Shown here piece by piece: positions 61,597 to 64,000 of a stretch of 64,000 nt of DNA; position 1 is the first letter of the stretch; each line of letters begins with the position of its first letter. The stretch is from positions 8,432,001-8,496,000 of the forward strand of contig NC_043025.1 in assembly GCF_006345805.1 (NCBI RefSeq). The letters run 5' to 3'. This stretch comes from Octopus sinensis. Its lineage: Eukaryota. The notes beneath the pieces were generated by a model. It had not been told where the DNA came from. It made no database searches and saw nothing but the letters and a program-made list of their open reading frames with translations. Both the position numbers and the translations under genes were made by a program.

Positions 61597-62013
61597 AGGT
61601 ATATTTGCCATCTGAATATGGCTAACCACTAAGGGTGGGTGTTACTATAGCTTTAAGCCCCAGGAGAACATCGTCTCCAGCTGGCTTTTAGCACACTTTC
61701 TGTGCCCTTATGGTATTTGCAAAGGGAGGTCATTCCTCTCTCGTCAACCTAAGTGATATGCACGGACTGCAGTTTCTAGGTCTTGACCTGTCTACAGCGT
61801 ACGACAATCACGGTTTTCGATGAAAGGGGTCCCAATGCAAATACTTATATCATTTTTCCAGTAACTTTTCGTCACTTAGGTTGACGAGGGAAGGATGACC
61901 TCTCTTTGCAAATACCATAAGTGCACAGCTGGAGACGATGATCTCCTGGGGCTAAAAATCTACAGTAACACCCACCCTTAGTGGTTAGCCATATTGAGAT
62001 GGCAAGTATACCT
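61597..62013. mobile_element. Inverted-repeat element (~160/140-bp arms) enclosing a decayed hammerhead (61753-61812, -)
   Basis: 61597-61756 is the reverse complement of 61872-62013. The minus-strand core reads GTACG-CTGTAGA-CAGG-TCAAGA-CCTA-GAAA-CTGCAG-TC-CGTGC. Confidence 0.75.
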
Positions 62014-62634
62014 CACACATATATATATATATATATATATTGATGGTGATGATGATGATACATGTATATTATATATGTGTGTATATATGTATGTATATAT
62101 AAGATTCATCTCCTTTTCTTATTCAAATTATCTATGTATATACAACATTCTTTATCCTCACTTCTTATTCAAATCATTCATACACACACACACACACAAT
62201 TTGAATAAGAGAAGAAGAGGAGATTCTTTCAGTTTCCTTCCCTCCAGCTGAGATCACTAAAATTTCATAGAAAATATCTTGGCAATCCTGTGAGCTTCCT
62301 CATGAGAGGGTGGGTGGTGGTAGTTCTGTGGTAGCTTCTGATTATTGGTTTCCCTTTCAGACACCTGATCAGCATTTGGCCGTGACAGCTTATTGACCAA
62401 TTCCTTCCTTGCTTCCACCTGGCCGTCCTGCCTTGTTTGGTCAAAGGTGTCCTGTAAAGCAAAACTGCTTTAATGAGAAATTAAATTCAGAAAAATTTTG
62501 CATTTTTTATCCCAGCCCTTCATTGTCACCCTTCCCTCTACATCACTTTTCCCTAACAGGGACCCTTACTGCATGCCAGTACAGACAGTATACTCCTCTT
62601 AAATATATACTAGCTTAACAGCTTTTAATCCTGA

Positions 62635-62870
62635 AAGCGGCAAACTGGCAGAAACGTTAGCACGTTGGGCAAAATGCATAACCGTATTTCATCTGCCGTT
62701 ACATTGTGAGTTCAAATTCCGCCGAGGTCGACTTTACCTTTCATCCTTTCGGGGTCGATAAATTAAGTACCAGTTACGCACTGGGATCTATGTAATCGAC
62801 TTAATACCTATGTCTGTTCTTGTTTGTTCCCTCTATGTTTAGCCCCTTGTGGGTAATAAAGAAATAGCTT
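62635..62870 (+). mobile_element. SINE family B
   Basis: Full match to family B. Confidence 0.82.
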
Positions 62871-63244
62871 TTAACCCTTTCATTACCAACCCGGATGAAT
62901 CCAGCTCTGACTCTGAGAACAAATGTCTTGTTTTCATAAGTTTTGAATTAAAATCTTCCACCAAACCTTAGTCACAATTTATGTTCCTAACACTGACTGA
63001 ATGATAACTAAGTTATTTTATTAAATTCTTTGCTATATTTAAAATTAATTGAAAGAAACACAGAGCATCTCAGCAGAAATACAGTAACGAAAAGGTTAAG
63101 CTAGCTCCTTAGGTTCCATAACTTAGCAACTCAATAAACAGGGCAATACAAATTAAGTACAACATAGTAATAAATACTAGGATCGATATGATCAACTAAA
63201 CCCTTTTTATTAGTTTTTTGGTAGGGTTGCAGTCTAAGGACTGG

Positions 63245-63880
63245 CAAATCATCATCATCATCATTTAACATCCGCTTTCCATGCTAGCAGGGGTTGGACG
63301 ATTTGAGTGAGGTCTGGCAAACCAGACTCCAATCTGATCTGGCAGAGTTTCTACAGCTGGATGCCCTTCCTAACGCCAACCACTCCGAGAGTGTAGTGGG
63401 TGCTTTTACGTCCCACCGGCACGAGGGCCAGTTTGGTGGTACTGGCAACGGCCACGTACAAATGGTGCTTTTTACGTGCCACCTGTGCAGGAGCCAGTCC
63501 AGCGGCACTGGCGACGTCCTCGCTCGAATGTTTCATGTGCGACCAACACAAGTGCTAGTAAGGCGGCGCGGTAACGATCATGCTCGAATGGTATGCTTAA
63601 CGTGTCACCGGCACGAAGGCCAGTTTGGTGGTACTGGCAATGGCCACGTCCAAATGGTGCTTTTTATGTTCCACCTGCAGAGGAGCCAGTCCAGTGACAC
63701 TGGCGAAGTCCTTGCTCAAATGTTTCACGTACCACCAGTACAAGTACTAGTAAGGCAACGCGGTAACGATCACGCACGAATGGTGTGCTTAACGTTCCAC
63801 CGGTACGAAGGCCAGTTTGTTGCCCAGGTAATGATCTCACTCGTATGGTACTCTTAGCGCTCCACTAGCAACGGATGTCG
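63245..63880 (-). mobile_element. RTE 3' UTR-derived element with ~180-bp internal tandem repeats
   Basis: (CAT)n-TTTAACATCCGCTTTCCATGCTAGC end; the GGCCAGTTTGGTGGTACTGGCAA block recurs. Confidence 0.78.
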
Positions 63881-63911
63881 GTCACCAAGGAAAAGAATAA
63901 AACTCACTCAC

Positions 63912-63965
63912 CATCACTGTCTTGTAGGTTGACATGGCAGTGTTTATCCTCACGGCTCTCATGGA
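63912..63965 (-). CDS. Candidate 54-nt exon (SMRAVRINTAMSTYKTVM), possibly further 5' in the zinc-finger gene
   Basis: Minus strand: CTAAT branch-like motif, pyrimidine tract, cag| ... ATG|gtgagt. Its phase 0 end fits the phase 0 acceptor at 52532. The frame stays open to the window edge, so the exon could be longer. Confidence 0.3.
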
Positions 63966-64000
63966 CTGCTCCAAGTCAGGAAGGGGCAAGAAGAAATTAG

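Noticed and set aside
63928-64000. Alternative + strand exon (cttgtag|VDMAVFILTALMDCSKSGRGKKKL)
   Set aside because: The frame is open and an acceptor is possible, but the minus-strand reading has both splice sites and a compatible phase. This cannot be decided at the window edge, so it was not called.

Overview
Eukaryotic, AT-rich, repeat-saturated genomic DNA. The SINE/LINE families, (TA)n/(CA)n microsatellites and gene style suggest a coleoid cephalopod such as Octopus (inference from recognition, not a search). Two convergent protein-coding genes are present. (1) On +, the last seven coding exons of Porcupine (PORCN, Wnt O-acyltransferase, MBOAT family) at 524-19959; all are GT-AG and phase-consistent, encode about 218 aa and include the catalytic His of SSLLH|G. 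(2) On -, a C2H2 zinc-finger gene with eight fingers: a large terminal exon at 38179-40760 joined in phase 1 to an exon at 52226-~52532, with a possible further exon at 63912-63965. Most of the remainder is mobile or repetitive DNA: a decayed mariner with an internal 21-bp minisatellite, CR1-type and RTE-type LINE fragments, at least four tRNA-like SINE families (one sharing its 3' stem-loop with the CR1-type LINEs, one amplified as an 8x170-bp concatemer), non-autonomous Helitrons, 52-bp and 156-bp satellites, a 5.6-kb foldback-like modular inverted satellite, many long palindromes, and a retroposed 28S rRNA fragment. The most notable unannotated signal is a set of minimal hammerhead ribozymes with self-complementary stem III: two with canonical cores, one U3-A8 compensatory variant, several decayed or half copies, and a tandem type-III-like candidate. 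A remnant resembling a Penelope-like element ORF is also present. No CRISPR array or prokaryotic system was found. All repeat boundaries are approximate and were read by eye.
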